In this document: one piece after another, positions 29,681 to 39,469 of the stretch | Layout of the letters: every line of letters begins with the position of its first letter | How positions within the stretch are numbered: position 1 is the first letter of the stretch | NCBI GenBank assembly: GCA_965220745.1 | Contig: CBDCQT010000011.1 | Location: 192,001-256,000 of the forward strand | Length of the DNA stretch: 64,000 bases | Direction: 5' to 3' | Origin: Alphaproteobacteria bacterium | GTDB taxonomy: Bacteria; Pseudomonadota; Alphaproteobacteria; UBA828 | Program-made: the position numbers and the translations under genes | The notes under the pieces: model-generated | What the model was told of the DNA's origin: nothing | The model's database searches: none | What the model saw: only the letters and a program-made list of their open reading frames with translations

Positions 29681-30448
29681 TCAGGGGGTGAACTGCTCGG
29701 TGAGGATGCGCTCGGTGAGGCTGTGCTCGGGATCGAACAGGAGGTTGATCGCCGTCGCGTGATCGACCGCGACCTCGACCGACGCCACGTCGCGCACCTC
29801 GGTGTAGTCGGCGACCGCGCTGACCGGGCGCTTGTCGTGCTCGATCACCTCGAGCCGCACGGTGGCCTCATGCAACAGCAGAGCGCCCCGCCAGCGGCGC
29901 GGGCGGAAGGCGCTGATCGGCGTGAGCGCCAGGATGTTGGCGCCGAGCGGTATGATCGGGCCGTGGGCCGAGAGGTTGTAGGCCGTGCTGCCGGCGGGCG
30001 TCGCCACGATCACGCCGTCGCAGATCAGTTCTTCCACCCGCACGACACCGTCCACGCTGATCCTGATTTTCGCGGCCTGGCGGGTCTCCCGCAGCATCGA
30101 GACCTCGTTGATGGCGAGCGCTTCCCGCGTCTCGCCGTGGATCGTCTCGGCCCGCATGCTGAGGGGGTGCAGGACCGTGCTGTGCGCCTGCTCCAGCCGC
30201 GCCGGCAGGTCGTGGAGGGAGAATTCGTTCATCAAAAAGCCGACCGTGCCCCGGCTCATGCCGTAGATCGGCTTGGCTTGGCGGAGCAGGCGGTGCTGGG
30301 TCTCCAGCATGAAGCCGTCGCCGCCGAGGGCGACGATGACGTCAGCGTCGGTTGGCTCGGTCAGGGAGTAGCGTGCGGCGATCTCGGCCAGCGCGTCTTG
30401 AGCATCGGCGGCGGTCGACGCGACGGCGGCCATCCTCCGATAACGCAT
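29681..30448 (-). CDS. nadK: NAD kinase
   Basis: [34 protein letters not shown]. Confidence 0.93.
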   Translation of the reverse strand: MRYRRMAAVASTAADAQDALAEIAARYSLTEPTDADVIVALGGDGFMLETQHRLLRQAKPIYGMSRGTVGFLMNEFSLHDLPARLEQAHSTVLHPLSMRAETIHGETREALAINEVSMLRETRQAAKIRISVDGVVRVEELICDGVIVATPAGSTAYNLSAHGPIIPLGANILALTPISAFRPRRWRGALLLHEATVRLEVIEHDKRPVSAVADYTEVRDVASVEVAVDHATAINLLFDPEHSLTERILTEQFTP

Positions 30449-30506
30449 GGGGTCTCCCGATGGACTACGCCGAAGCGGCGCGGAGCGCGGGCTGGGCGGC
30501 GGCCGG

Positions 30507-31499
30507 TCAGCCGCCGGTCACGCTCATGTGGCGGTCGACCGCTGGGCCAGTATGGCGGCGGTCGATGATGAAGTCGTGGCCCTTGGGCTTGCGCCCGATC
30601 GCCTCGTGGATCGCCTCGACCAGAGCCTCGTCGCTCTCGCTGCGGCGGAGCGGGGTGCGCAGGTCAGCCGCGTCCTCCTGGCCCAGGCACATGTAGAGCG
30701 TACCGGTGCAGGTGAGGCGAACCCGGTTGCAGGATTCGCAGAAATTATGGGTGAGGGGCGTGATGAAGCCGATCCGCTGGCCGGTCTCGCGCACGGTGAC
30801 GTAGCGCGCGGGCCCGCCGGTGCGATGGTCGCTCTCGTCCAGAGTCCAGCGCTTGCGCAGCCGCGCGCGGACGAGGGAGAGCGGCAGGTAGTGCTCGGTG
30901 CGGTCGCCGTCGATGTCGCCGAGCGGCATGGTTTCGATGAAGGTGATGTCCTGGCCCTCGGCGGCGCACCACTCGATCAGGTCCTCGATCTCGTCTTCGT
31001 TGACGCCGCGCATCGCCACGGTGTTGATCTTGACCTTGAGCCCCGCCGCGCGTGCCGCCTCGATCCCCTCCAGCACCTGGTCGAGCCGGCCCCAGCGGGT
31101 GATCTCCGCGAATTTCGCAGGATCGCGCGTGTCGAGGGAGATGTTGATGCGGCGCACGCCGGCGGCGTAGAGGCCCTCCGCGTGGCGCGGCAACTGGCTG
31201 CCGTTGGTGGTGAGCGTGAGCTCGTCGAGCGCACCGGTCCGCAAGTGACGGCCCAGGCTCTCGAACAGCCCCATGACGCCCTTCCGCACCAACGGCTCGC
31301 CCCCGGTGATGCGGAGCTTGCGCACCCCGAGGCCGACGAAGGCGCTACACAGCCGATCCAGCTCCTCCAGTGTCAACAGCTCCGCCTTCGGCAGGAAACT
31401 CATGTGCTCCGACATGCAATAGAAGCAGCGGAAGTCGCACCGGTCCGTAACCGAGACCCGCAGGTAGGTGACGTGGCGCTCGAATGGGTCGATCAGCAT
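30507..31499 (-). CDS. moaA: GTP 3',8-cyclase (radical SAM)
   Basis: CDFRCFYC radical SAM motif, FCESCNRVR and C-terminal MSVTGG. Confidence 0.96.
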   Translation of the reverse strand: MLIDPFERHVTYLRVSVTDRCDFRCFYCMSEHMSFLPKAELLTLEELDRLCSAFVGLGVRKLRITGGEPLVRKGVMGLFESLGRHLRTGALDELTLTTNGSQLPRHAEGLYAAGVRRINISLDTRDPAKFAEITRWGRLDQVLEGIEAARAAGLKVKINTVAMRGVNEDEIEDLIEWCAAEGQDITFIETMPLGDIDGDRTEHYLPLSLVRARLRKRWTLDESDHRTGGPARYVTVRETGQRIGFITPLTHNFCESCNRVRLTCTGTLYMCLGQEDAADLRTPLRRSESDEALVEAIHEAIGRKPKGHDFIIDRRHTGPAVDRHMSVTGG

Positions 31500-31684
31500 G
31501 GCTTCCGCTCCGCGGGCGCGCGTCGTAACCTCCGCCGCGCGCCGGCCAGCATACTACGCGAGGGCGCCGAATTTCTCCCGGAGAATCTGGGCACGATCGG
31601 GGTGGCGTCAACCGTCCCGCTCGCACAGCAATGGAGGCTGCTGGTAGGATCGGGAGCGAAGGGCCGCGAAGTGGAGCGCGCAGA

Positions 31685-32701
31685 ATGACGGAATCAGTGG
31701 TCCCGGTCATCGATATTGCGCCGTTTCTCGCCGGCGGACGCGAGGACAAGGCGCGGGTCGCCGCTCAGGTGGACGACGCCTGCCGCGAGATCGGCTTCCT
31801 CGTCATCGCGGGCCACGGCGTCGCGCAAGCGCAGATCGACGAGATGCGCCACGTCACCCGCGCCTTCTTCGACCTGCCCTATTGGGAGAAGCTCAGGGTC
31901 AAGATGCCGCCCGACCGCTACCGCGGGCTAATGACCGTGGGCAGCGAGGACGTGGCCTACAGCATGGACGCCGACGAGGGCGCGCCTGACTGGCGCGAGA
32001 GCTTCGTCACGGGGCCCTACGACCACGACTACGATGAATATCACTACGGGCCGAAGGGCTGGCGCTTCTTCGCCGCCAATCTCTGGCCCGATAGGCCGGC
32101 GGAGATGCGGACGCTCTGGGAGGCCTACTATCGGGAGATGGAGCGGCTGGCGGGCGACCTGATGCGGATCTTCGCCTGCGCGCTGGGGCTGCCCGAGGCG
32201 TTCTTCGTCGACAAGATCGATCGCCACATCACGAACTTCATCGCCTCCTACTACCCGCCGCAGCCGACCCCGCCGCTGCCGGGGCAGCTCCGCTGCGGCG
32301 CCCATGCCGACTACGGCAGCCTCACCATCGTCTCCTCCGATACTCCCGTGGGTGGTCTGCAGGTGCTGGGCAAGAACGGCGCCTGGGCCGACGTGCCCTG
32401 CATCCCCGGCACCTTCGTCATCAATCTCGGCGACCTGATGGCGGAATGGACCAACGACCGCTGGCGCTCGACCCTGCACCGGGTGGTCAATCCGCCGCGT
32501 GAGGAGGCGGAGAGCAGCCGGCTCTCGCTGCTGTTCTTCCATCAGCCCAACTACGACGCCGTGATCGAGTGCCTGCCGAGCTGCACCGACGCGGCCAACC
32601 CGCCGCGCTACACGCCCATCACGTCCGGCGCCCACGTCGCGTACAAGATCGATAAGAGCCGCCGGCCGCTGCTCGAGGATGCCGAGGCGGCGGCGAGCTA
32701 G
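31685..32701 (+). CDS. 2OG-Fe(II) oxygenase, isopenicillin N synthase family
   Basis: VPVIDI, HADYGSLT (HxD), WRSTLHRV, RLSL. Confidence 0.9.
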   Translation: MTESVVPVIDIAPFLAGGREDKARVAAQVDDACREIGFLVIAGHGVAQAQIDEMRHVTRAFFDLPYWEKLRVKMPPDRYRGLMTVGSEDVAYSMDADEGAPDWRESFVTGPYDHDYDEYHYGPKGWRFFAANLWPDRPAEMRTLWEAYYREMERLAGDLMRIFACALGLPEAFFVDKIDRHITNFIASYYPPQPTPPLPGQLRCGAHADYGSLTIVSSDTPVGGLQVLGKNGAWADVPCIPGTFVINLGDLMAEWTNDRWRSTLHRVVNPPREEAESSRLSLLFFHQPNYDAVIECLPSCTDAANPPRYTPITSGAHVAYKIDKSRRPLLEDAEAAAS

Positions 32702-32799
32702 AAGGCGGCGCCATCTCCCCTTGACTCCCCGCGCCTGAAACCGCGAATTCGGGCCGCCCGCACGGCGGGCGAATGAGGCGTGACGGAGAGGAGGCGGCG

Positions 32800-34149
32800 G
32801 TGGCCGACAACGGAGGGCAAGGCGCCCGCGATCAGGTAGAGGACGCACTGGCGCAGCTCGAGCGCGACGGCATTCAGCATGTCCGCTTCGAGTTGCCGGA
32901 TATGCACGGCTCGGCACGCTCCAAGCAGGTGCCGATCGAACGCTTTGCCGCCTCCGCCCGCGAGGGCGTGAACATGTACGGCGGCATCGTCGCCCTCGAC
33001 ACGGCCTCCCACGTGATCCCCGGCACCCTCTACAACGAGGAGGTCAAGTACAAGGACCAGACCCTGCGTCCGGACCTTTCGACCCTCGCGACCGTGCCGT
33101 GGCTCGACGGCATGGCGAAGGTGATCTGCGACACCGAGTGGGAGGACGGCACGCCGCTACACGCGGCACCCCGCGGTGTCGCTCGCCGGATGCTGGAGCG
33201 GGCGGCCGAGCTCGGCTTCGGCATCGAGAGCGCCCACGAGTACGAGTTCTACGTGCTCGACCGCGAGACCTATCAGCCGCTTTTCGGCGGCGTCCACATC
33301 TTCAACAATCTACGCAACGATCACATTCCCGCGATCCGCGCGGTGGTCGACGGCCTGCGCGCGGCCGGCATCCCGATGCTGACCGCGAACGCCGAATACG
33401 CGCCCTCTCAGTACGAGCTGGTCTACAGGCATGCCGCGGGGATGGCGGGCCTCGACCAAGCGTTTACCTTCAAGAACGGGGTGAAAGAAATCGTCCAGCA
33501 CGAAGGGCTCACCGCGACCTTCATGGGCAAGCCCTCGGCGGAGTCGGCGGGCTCCGGCTGCCACTACCACATCAGCCTGCTCGACAAGGAAAGCGGGCGG
33601 AGCGCCTTCTACGACCCCGATAACCCGAACGAGCTGACGCCAACGCTCCGGCACTTCGTCCAGGGCATTATCGACCACGGCGCGGCCGCCATGGCGCTCT
33701 TCAACCCGACGCCCAACTGCTATCGCCGGCTCACGCCCCACACCTTCGCGCCGTCGAACGTGAGCTGGGGCGAGGAGGACCGGAGTGCGATGGTGCGAAT
33801 CAAGCAGCCGGGCTCGCCGGGGATGCACGTGGAGATGCGGGCGTCTTCTGCGATCAGCAACCCCTACCTCTGCGCCGCCGGCACCCTGGCCTGCGGGCTG
33901 CTCGGGATGAGCGAGAAGCGCTCGCTGGTCACGCAGTCCGACGGGCCGAGCGAGGACGACCCCAGCCTGCCGCCCTTCCCGGCCAATCTCGAAGCCGCGC
34001 TCGCCGCGCTCGAAGCCGACGCGGCGATGGTCGATCTGCTGGGCGAGGAGTTCGTGACCGTCTTCACCACGATGAAGCGCGCCGAGCTCGCCCGCTTCAA
34101 CGCCCATGTCACCCAGTGGGAGCGCGACGAATACATCGAGCTTTATTGA
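32800..34149 (+). CDS. Glutamine synthetase-like (gamma-glutamyl ligase family) protein
   Basis: HEYEFY, EYAPSQYE, ATFMGKP, GSGCHYH, WGEEDRS, EMR...NPYL. GTG 32800 follows GAGGAGG; alternative ATG at 32773. Confidence 0.88.
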   Translation: MADNGGQGARDQVEDALAQLERDGIQHVRFELPDMHGSARSKQVPIERFAASAREGVNMYGGIVALDTASHVIPGTLYNEEVKYKDQTLRPDLSTLATVPWLDGMAKVICDTEWEDGTPLHAAPRGVARRMLERAAELGFGIESAHEYEFYVLDRETYQPLFGGVHIFNNLRNDHIPAIRAVVDGLRAAGIPMLTANAEYAPSQYELVYRHAAGMAGLDQAFTFKNGVKEIVQHEGLTATFMGKPSAESAGSGCHYHISLLDKESGRSAFYDPDNPNELTPTLRHFVQGIIDHGAAAMALFNPTPNCYRRLTPHTFAPSNVSWGEEDRSAMVRIKQPGSPGMHVEMRASSAISNPYLCAAGTLACGLLGMSEKRSLVTQSDGPSEDDPSLPPFPANLEAALAALEADAAMVDLLGEEFVTVFTTMKRAELARFNAHVTQWERDEYIELY

Positions 34150-34221
34150 GGCGCGGGCTAAAGGCGTAATCCGCGTTTGCCGATAGCGGAGACCCGAGTC
34201 TGCAATTGACGATCTTCCGTT

Positions 34222-35109
34222 GTGACCTGGTTGTTCTTCATCGACGAGAGCGGACATGACCACAGAGCCACGCCTTATGAGGTTCGTGGCGGGCTTGCGA
34301 TTCATGTCAGTCGATTGTGGCCGTTTGTGCAGGACATGCAGCGACTGGAAATCGATTGTTTTGGTTGCGAGCTGCACACGTATGGCAAGGAGATCAAGGG
34401 CGCCACGCTGATCGATCGAAAGCGCTTCAGGCTCGCAGGACAGGGCGAGCCCTACCGCGATATCACCAGGCAAAGGCTCTGCTTATCTTTTCTTGCGAAG
34501 GGCCGCGAGCGCGCCGTGCCGCACCGGGAAGAATTCACGGCCTACGGCCAAGCCTGCCTTCGTATGGCACGAGAGACGTTCGCTCTTCTACGGAAGCATG
34601 AAGCCATCGTACTGGCGTCTGTCATCCCGCGAGGCGTAGCCAAGCCCCGGGGCTACCTGTTCGACAGATATCTCAGAAAGGACCTGGTGTTTCTACTGGA
34701 GAGATATTTCTACTTCTTGGAAGAAGCACGGGAGTACGGCGTCTTGGTCATGGATGAGACCGACAAACAAGAAGATCGCAGGTTTGTTGCCCGCATGGAG
34801 GGTTACTTCACCAACACATCGATCGGTCGACGCAGGACGGCCTGGATCGTGCCCACACCGTTCTTCGTATCATCCGATATGAATCCGGCGATCCAGGCGG
34901 CGGACCTTTGCATCTATTCCATCAACTGGGGATTTCGGTTGCCCGATCGAGGGATGAACGCAGAGTGTCGGGAGGAGATCGCCGCAATGTTTGGAAAAGA
35001 GCTGTTCGATCTCCAGTTTCGCGGTCGCGGGCATCGTGACGGCCGTGACTTCGATACCTATGGGATCGTCTACGTCCCCGATCCCTATGAATCCAGGGCG
35101 ACCAAATGA
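34222..35109 (+). CDS. DUF3800 domain protein
   Basis: N-terminal FFIDESG, central VMDE and C-terminal IQAADL acidic motifs. Visibly less GC3-biased than its neighbours. Confidence 0.8.
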   Translation: MTWLFFIDESGHDHRATPYEVRGGLAIHVSRLWPFVQDMQRLEIDCFGCELHTYGKEIKGATLIDRKRFRLAGQGEPYRDITRQRLCLSFLAKGRERAVPHREEFTAYGQACLRMARETFALLRKHEAIVLASVIPRGVAKPRGYLFDRYLRKDLVFLLERYFYFLEEAREYGVLVMDETDKQEDRRFVARMEGYFTNTSIGRRRTAWIVPTPFFVSSDMNPAIQAADLCIYSINWGFRLPDRGMNAECREEIAAMFGKELFDLQFRGRGHRDGRDFDTYGIVYVPDPYESRATK

Positions 35110-35186
35110 AAGAGGAGGCAACGCCCCCAGCCGCTGCTACCGCAAACTCTGGGTTCACGGACAGCCCTCGGGGCCGAGCCTCCACC
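35105..35186 (-). ncRNA. Putative structured ncRNA convergent with the DUF3800 gene (DUF3800-associated RNA-like)
   Basis: Closing stem GGAGGC/GCCTCC (35114-35119 with 35178-35183), internal pairings, U-rich 3' tail on the minus strand, and an upstream promoter. Confidence 0.55.
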
Positions 35187-35190
35187 GTGG

Positions 35191-35219
35191 AATATATGCC
35201 GCTGCTTCCAAGAATTCAA
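35191..35219 (-). promoter_or_regulatory. Sigma70-type promoter TTGAAT-N17-TATATT
   Basis: Minus-strand -35 at 35219-35214 and -10 at 35196-35191, with an exact 17-nt spacer. Confidence 0.6.
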
Positions 35220-35281
35220 TTTGGTCCGGCGGGGCGTGACACCGCAACGCGCTGAAGGCAAGGCTGGGACGCGCTCGGTCC

Positions 35282-36301
35282 CTAACGGAAGTGAGGAATC
35301 ACGTGGTCGGCGTAGGCCGCGACGATCTGCTCCTCGCCGCCGTTGGTAAGGTAGATGTTGAACTGGGTCACGCCGGCCGCCTCCAGCGCACGGATCTTCT
35401 CCACATGGGCCTCGGCCGGGCCGATCACGCAGAAATCCTCGGTGATCTCGGGCGAGACGTAGGCGCTGTTGTCTGACTCCAGCGCGGTGTGCTGGCGATA
35501 GTCGTAGCCCTCGTCGGCGCCGATTCCCTCGCGCTCTGCGATGTAGGCGGTGAGGCTCTCAGGCACGAGGTCGGTGCTGGCGCCGTGGTGCTTCACGATA
35601 TCGGCCACGTGGTTGCCCACCAGCGCCGGGAACCACTTGGTCTGGGCGATCCCGGCCTCGCGGTCACCGACCCAGACCGGTGCGCAGGCCATGACGCGGT
35701 AGTCCGCCATGTCGCGGCCTTCGGCGCGGCCGGCGGCGCGCGCCTGGTCCCCCATCCACTGGCAGAGGCCGACGTCGCCGAGCTGCACGATCAGCCCGTC
35801 GCCGACGCGGCCAGCCGCCGCCAGCGCCCGGGGCCCGTAGGCCGCGACCCAGACCGGCATCTCGTAGCCGCCGGTCCAGTCGAACTGCACCGGCTCCGGC
35901 ACGCCCTCGTAGCTCACCGCCTCGCCCCGCACCAGCGCCTTCATGGCGTGGCAGAACTCCTCCAGACGTGCCACCGTCGCCGGCCGCTTGCCGATCGCCC
36001 GCACGGCGCTGTCGCCGCGCCCCACGCCCATGTCGAAGCGGCCGTCCGACTGCACCGCCATCGCCCCGAAGAGGCTCGCGGCCACCGACCATTCGCGGGT
36101 CATCGGGTTGGTGACGCAGGGGCCGAAGCGCAGCCGCCGGGTGTGGTCGATGGCGACCGCCATCTGTGGGTAAAGATCGCGCCACAGCGCGTGGCTGTCG
36201 AAGAACCAGGCGTAGTCGAAGCCCGCCGCCTCGGCCTGCCGGCAAATGGCGACGACGCGATCCTTCTCAAGGTCGCCGCGAAAGGTGATCGCGAATTCCA
36301 T
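35282..36301 (-). CDS. LLM-class (luciferase-like) probably F420-dependent oxidoreductase
   Basis: WFFDSHALW, GPCVTNP, GVGRGDSA, VAAYGP. Directly downstream of npdG. Confidence 0.85.
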   Translation of the reverse strand: MEFAITFRGDLEKDRVVAICRQAEAAGFDYAWFFDSHALWRDLYPQMAVAIDHTRRLRFGPCVTNPMTREWSVAASLFGAMAVQSDGRFDMGVGRGDSAVRAIGKRPATVARLEEFCHAMKALVRGEAVSYEGVPEPVQFDWTGGYEMPVWVAAYGPRALAAAGRVGDGLIVQLGDVGLCQWMGDQARAAGRAEGRDMADYRVMACAPVWVGDREAGIAQTKWFPALVGNHVADIVKHHGASTDLVPESLTAYIAEREGIGADEGYDYRQHTALESDNSAYVSPEITEDFCVIGPAEAHVEKIRALEAAGVTQFNIYLTNGGEEQIVAAYADHVIPHFR

Positions 36302-36312
36302 GATCGTCTCCT

Positions 36313-36981
36313 TTACCCGGCTTCCGGCCAGATCTGCACGCCCGCGTGCTTGAAGTCCGTCGCCTTCGACATATTGAGGCGAATCAGCAGCGGTGTCAGC
36401 GCCTCGATGCAGCGCGCGCTCTCGGCCGGGCCGCAGTTGTAGGCGCGGGCGCCGATGGTCTCGATCAGGTCCATCACCGCGCGCTTCGCCTCCAGAACGT
36501 CGCCGCAGACGAGGATGTCGCAGTTAATCGGTTGATCGAGGGCCGCAAGCACGTGGGCGGAGACGTTGTGGAGAGCGCCTACCACGGCGACGCCCTCGCC
36601 CAGCATCGCCTGCGCCGCCTCGGTCGCCGAGCCCTCGGGTGGCATCGCTGCCTTGCGGGGATTGCCGTCGGCGAGCGGCACCGCCAAGTCGATCAGTATC
36701 TTGCCCTGCAGTGCCTCGGTAAGCCCCGCGAGAGTCGCCTGGTGCGCGCTCCACGGTACTGCCAGCACAACCATGCGCTCGGCCCGCGCCACCGCGTCGA
36801 CGTTGGCAGCGCCTTCGATCGACCCCGGTGCATCAGGCACGCCGGCTCTTAGATCGGCGGCGATCTCCGTCGCGCGGGCGGCATCGCGCGACCCGACGAC
36901 GACATCGATGCCGGCGAGCGCGCAGCGCTGCGTTAGCCCGCGGCCCTGAGGGCCGGTGCCTCCGATCACGGCGATTGCCAT
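36313..36981 (-). CDS. npdG: NADPH-dependent F420 reductase
   Basis: [40 protein letters not shown]. Confidence 0.88.
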   Translation of the reverse strand: MAIAVIGGTGPQGRGLTQRCALAGIDVVVGSRDAARATEIAADLRAGVPDAPGSIEGAANVDAVARAERMVVLAVPWSAHQATLAGLTEALQGKILIDLAVPLADGNPRKAAMPPEGSATEAAQAMLGEGVAVVGALHNVSAHVLAALDQPINCDILVCGDVLEAKRAVMDLIETIGARAYNCGPAESARCIEALTPLLIRLNMSKATDFKHAGVQIWPEAG

Positions 36982-37013
36982 GCAATGGGTCTCCTGAGTG
37001 CGCCCGGCCGCAG

Positions 37014-37538
37014 CTACGCGTCGTAGGCGACGAGGGAGGTGATCGGCAGGTCGAGGCGTTGACGCCCGCCGAGGAAGCTCAGCTCGATGATGAAGGCCGC
37101 CGCCACCACCTCGGCACCCACTTGGCGCAGCAGCGCATGCGACGCGGCCGCCGTGCCCCCGGTCGCAAGCAGGTCGTCGACCAGAACGACCCGCTGACCC
37201 GGCGCGACGGCGTCTGCCTGCACCTCGACCTGATCGGTGCCGTACTCGAGCGCGTATTCATACGCCACGGTCACGCCCGGCAGCTTGCCCTTCTTGCGTA
37301 CCATGATGAAGCCGCAGCCGAGTGCGTGCGCCACCGGCGCCGCGACCAGAAAACCGCGGGATTCGATGCCTGCGAGGAGATCGGGCTTGTGACTGCCGAC
37401 CACATCGACGAGACGCTGCACCGTCTCGCCCCAGGCCCGCGCGTGGGCGAGCAGGGTCGAGATGTCGTAAAAGAGGATGCCTGGCTTGGGAAAGTCAGGA
37501 ATTTCGCGGATATGGTCGCGCAGGTCGAACGCGGACAT
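37014..37538 (-). CDS. apt: Adenine phosphoribosyltransferase
   Basis: [43 protein letters not shown]. Confidence 0.95.
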   Translation of the reverse strand: MSAFDLRDHIREIPDFPKPGILFYDISTLLAHARAWGETVQRLVDVVGSHKPDLLAGIESRGFLVAAPVAHALGCGFIMVRKKGKLPGVTVAYEYALEYGTDQVEVQADAVAPGQRVVLVDDLLATGGTAAASHALLRQVGAEVVAAAFIIELSFLGGRQRLDLPITSLVAYDA

Positions 37539-37579
37539 GGCTGCCCCCAATCAGCGCAAGAGGGCTTTGTCCTCCGCGA

Positions 37580-37969
37580 TCACTCGGCGCCGGTGGCTTC
37601 CTTGAGATAGGCGATCAGGTTGTCGCGGTCCTTTTCCTTCCTGACCCCCTTAAACGCCATCTTGTTCTTCGGAATGTAACCCTTGGGATCAGCAATATAG
37701 GCTCTGATCGTCTCCTCGTCCCAGACGATTGCCGCGTCCTTCATTGCGTCCGAGTACTTCTTGAAGCCTTCGGCCGTGCCCGAGGTGCGGCCGAAGACGC
37801 CGTGGAGGTTCGGGCCAACCTTGTGCTTCCCGCCTTCCTTGACGGTGTGGCACACCTTGCACTTCTTGAAGACCTTCTTGCCCTTCTTAACATCGGCGGC
37901 AATGGCGGAGGCGCTTGCCGCCATCATGAAGGTGGCGAGGCCAACGGCGAGGACGTGTCGTGCGCGCAC
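37580..37969 (-). CDS. Class I cytochrome c (c2-like), exported
   Basis: Signal peptide, [22 protein letters not shown] (Met ligand). GTG 37969 follows AAGGAG. Confidence 0.93.
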   Translation of the reverse strand: MRARHVLAVGLATFMMAASASAIAADVKKGKKVFKKCKVCHTVKEGGKHKVGPNLHGVFGRTSGTAEGFKKYSDAMKDAAIVWDEETIRAYIADPKGYIPKNKMAFKGVRKEKDRDNLIAYLKEATGAE

Positions 37970-38101
37970 GGGTATCTCCTTAGGTCTGGTCCCGATCATG
38001 CGGTAAACGCGCGAACATAAGCCGGGTCCGCACCCGCGATCAAGCAGGCCATGCAGCCGGTGGCGCGCTGTTCCGGGGAGTAGCGCGCCACCAGCATGTG
38101 G

Positions 38102-39337
38102 CTACTGGACCCGATACTCCTCGTCGAGGAAGAAGCGGCTGTCATAGTCCTCGACGCCAAGGTGGCACTCCGCGCAGAAGACGACGTTCTTGTTGCCCTT
38201 GCCGCCGGTCGTGCCGATGGTCTTGCCGTTCGGCATGATCAGCGTGTAGCGCCAGTCGCCGGTATCAGCGTTGAAGCCGGCTTCCATCTTCTCCATCAGG
38301 AAGAGCGGCCCGGCGCCGATCTTGCCGTTGGGTTTGGCAGTGAAGCTGTCCTTGGCCAACACGGTTCCGACAGGCGCAGGCCCCGCCTCTTCGAAGAGGC
38401 TGTAATTGTCGGCGCCGATGTCGTTGGCGTAGTTGTTGACGTAGCGCGCGCCGTGGGTGTCGGAGACGTAGGGCTGGGCCGCGACGTTCCGCCAATTCTG
38501 GTAGGACGCCGCCCACTGATTGCCCGACTTGGCGTAGCCCTCGGCCATCACCGCACTGATGCAGGCGTAGGCGTCTCGGGCCTCGTCTGCGGTCAACTCC
38601 ACCTCCTCGCCGGCCGCGCAGGGATTGCACGGACCACATGGATTGCACGGGTTACAGGGGCTGCACGGGTTCGCCGCTGCACATGGGTTGCAAGGACCGC
38701 ACGGGTTGCACGGTGCGCAGGCAGCGGCGCATGGATTGCACGGCTCGCACGGGCTGCTTGGACCGCATGGGTTGCAGGCTGCAGCACAGGGATTGCACGG
38801 ATTACAGGGAGCGCACGGTCCGCAAGGGCTACAAGCACTCGCGCAGGGATTGCATGGACCGCAAGGAGCACATGGCCCGCAGGGGCTGCTAGCGGCAGCG
38901 AGGCGCGGCACCACGCAGTCAGCACTGATCGCAGCGCCCGCCGCGCACGGGTTGCAGGCGCCGCACGGCCCGCAGGCTCCGGCGCAGGGATTGCAAGGGT
39001 TGCATGGTCCGCAAGGGCTGCAGGCGCCCGCACAGGGGTTGCAAGGATTACACGGCCCGCACGGTCCACACGCAGACGCGCAGGGATTGCACGGTTCGCA
39101 CGGACTGCATGGTCCACAAGGTCCGCATACCGCCGCGCACGGGTTACACGGACTGCATGGTCCGCACGGATTGCAGGAGGCGAAGAGAAGTACGCCCGGG
39201 TCCTGATGCTGCGGGGTCGCCCCCGGACTCTCGCCGGAGGATGTACCGGCCGTGGCGTGGCCGCCACTGGTGGCGACCGCGAGCCCGATGACCACGGGGA
39301 CCACCGTTCCGGCGAGCAGGGTGTTCGAGCGTGGCAT
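38102..39337 (-). CDS. Exported protein: long Cys-x-x (CNP/CGP/CSP) repeat region fused to a cytochrome P460 / c'-beta-like domain
   Basis: Signal-like N-terminus and about 53 Cys in the repeats. C-terminal domain YQNW...NNYAN...[11 protein letters not shown]...LMEK...GDWRY...CAECH near the C-terminus. GGGAGG RBS. Confidence 0.82.
   Translation of the reverse strand: MPRSNTLLAGTVVPVVIGLAVATSGGHATAGTSSGESPGATPQHQDPGVLLFASCNPCGPCSPCNPCAAVCGPCGPCSPCEPCNPCASACGPCGPCNPCNPCAGACSPCGPCNPCNPCAGACGPCGACNPCAAGAAISADCVVPRLAAASSPCGPCAPCGPCNPCASACSPCGPCAPCNPCNPCAAACNPCGPSSPCEPCNPCAAACAPCNPCGPCNPCAAANPCSPCNPCNPCGPCNPCAAGEEVELTADEARDAYACISAVMAEGYAKSGNQWAASYQNWRNVAAQPYVSDTHGARYVNNYANDIGADNYSLFEEAGPAPVGTVLAKDSFTAKPNGKIGAGPLFLMEKMEAGFNADTGDWRYTLIMPNGKTIGTTGGKGNKNVVFCAECHLGVEDYDSRFFLDEEYRVQ
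38618..39175 (-). repeat. Coding 9-bp-period repeats (Cys-Xaa-Pro)
   Basis: Recurring gcacgggtt/gcacggatt/gcaagggtt units with synonymous variation on the + strand. Confidence 0.9.
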
Positions 39338-39469
39338 GTCGGGCCTCCCTTGATGGCGTGATGACGGCGCTCTGAGCGAATTGTCGGCGAGCGCATGGTG
39401 CGGGGCAAACCCCTTCGACTCAAATTTTTGTGATTCCCGTGCCGGGTGAGCGGCAGCTAGGCTGCTGCA

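Noticed and set aside
30507-31499. Radical SAM enzyme as a possible maturase for the Cys-rich peptides
   Set aside because: It has all MoaA hallmarks including the C-terminal GG, lies beside nadK, and is more than 6 kb from the peptide genes.
38618-39175. DNA repeats considered as a CRISPR array
   Set aside because: The period is 9 bp with synonymous variation, there are no 23-47-nt repeats with unique spacers, and no cas genes are present.
38625-39206. Plus-strand ORF with collagen-like/His-rich HGLHGPQG repeats (similarly 41319..41993)
   Set aside because: It is the antisense shadow of the Cys-x-Pro codons. The minus-strand frame has an RBS, a signal peptide and a recognisable heme domain.
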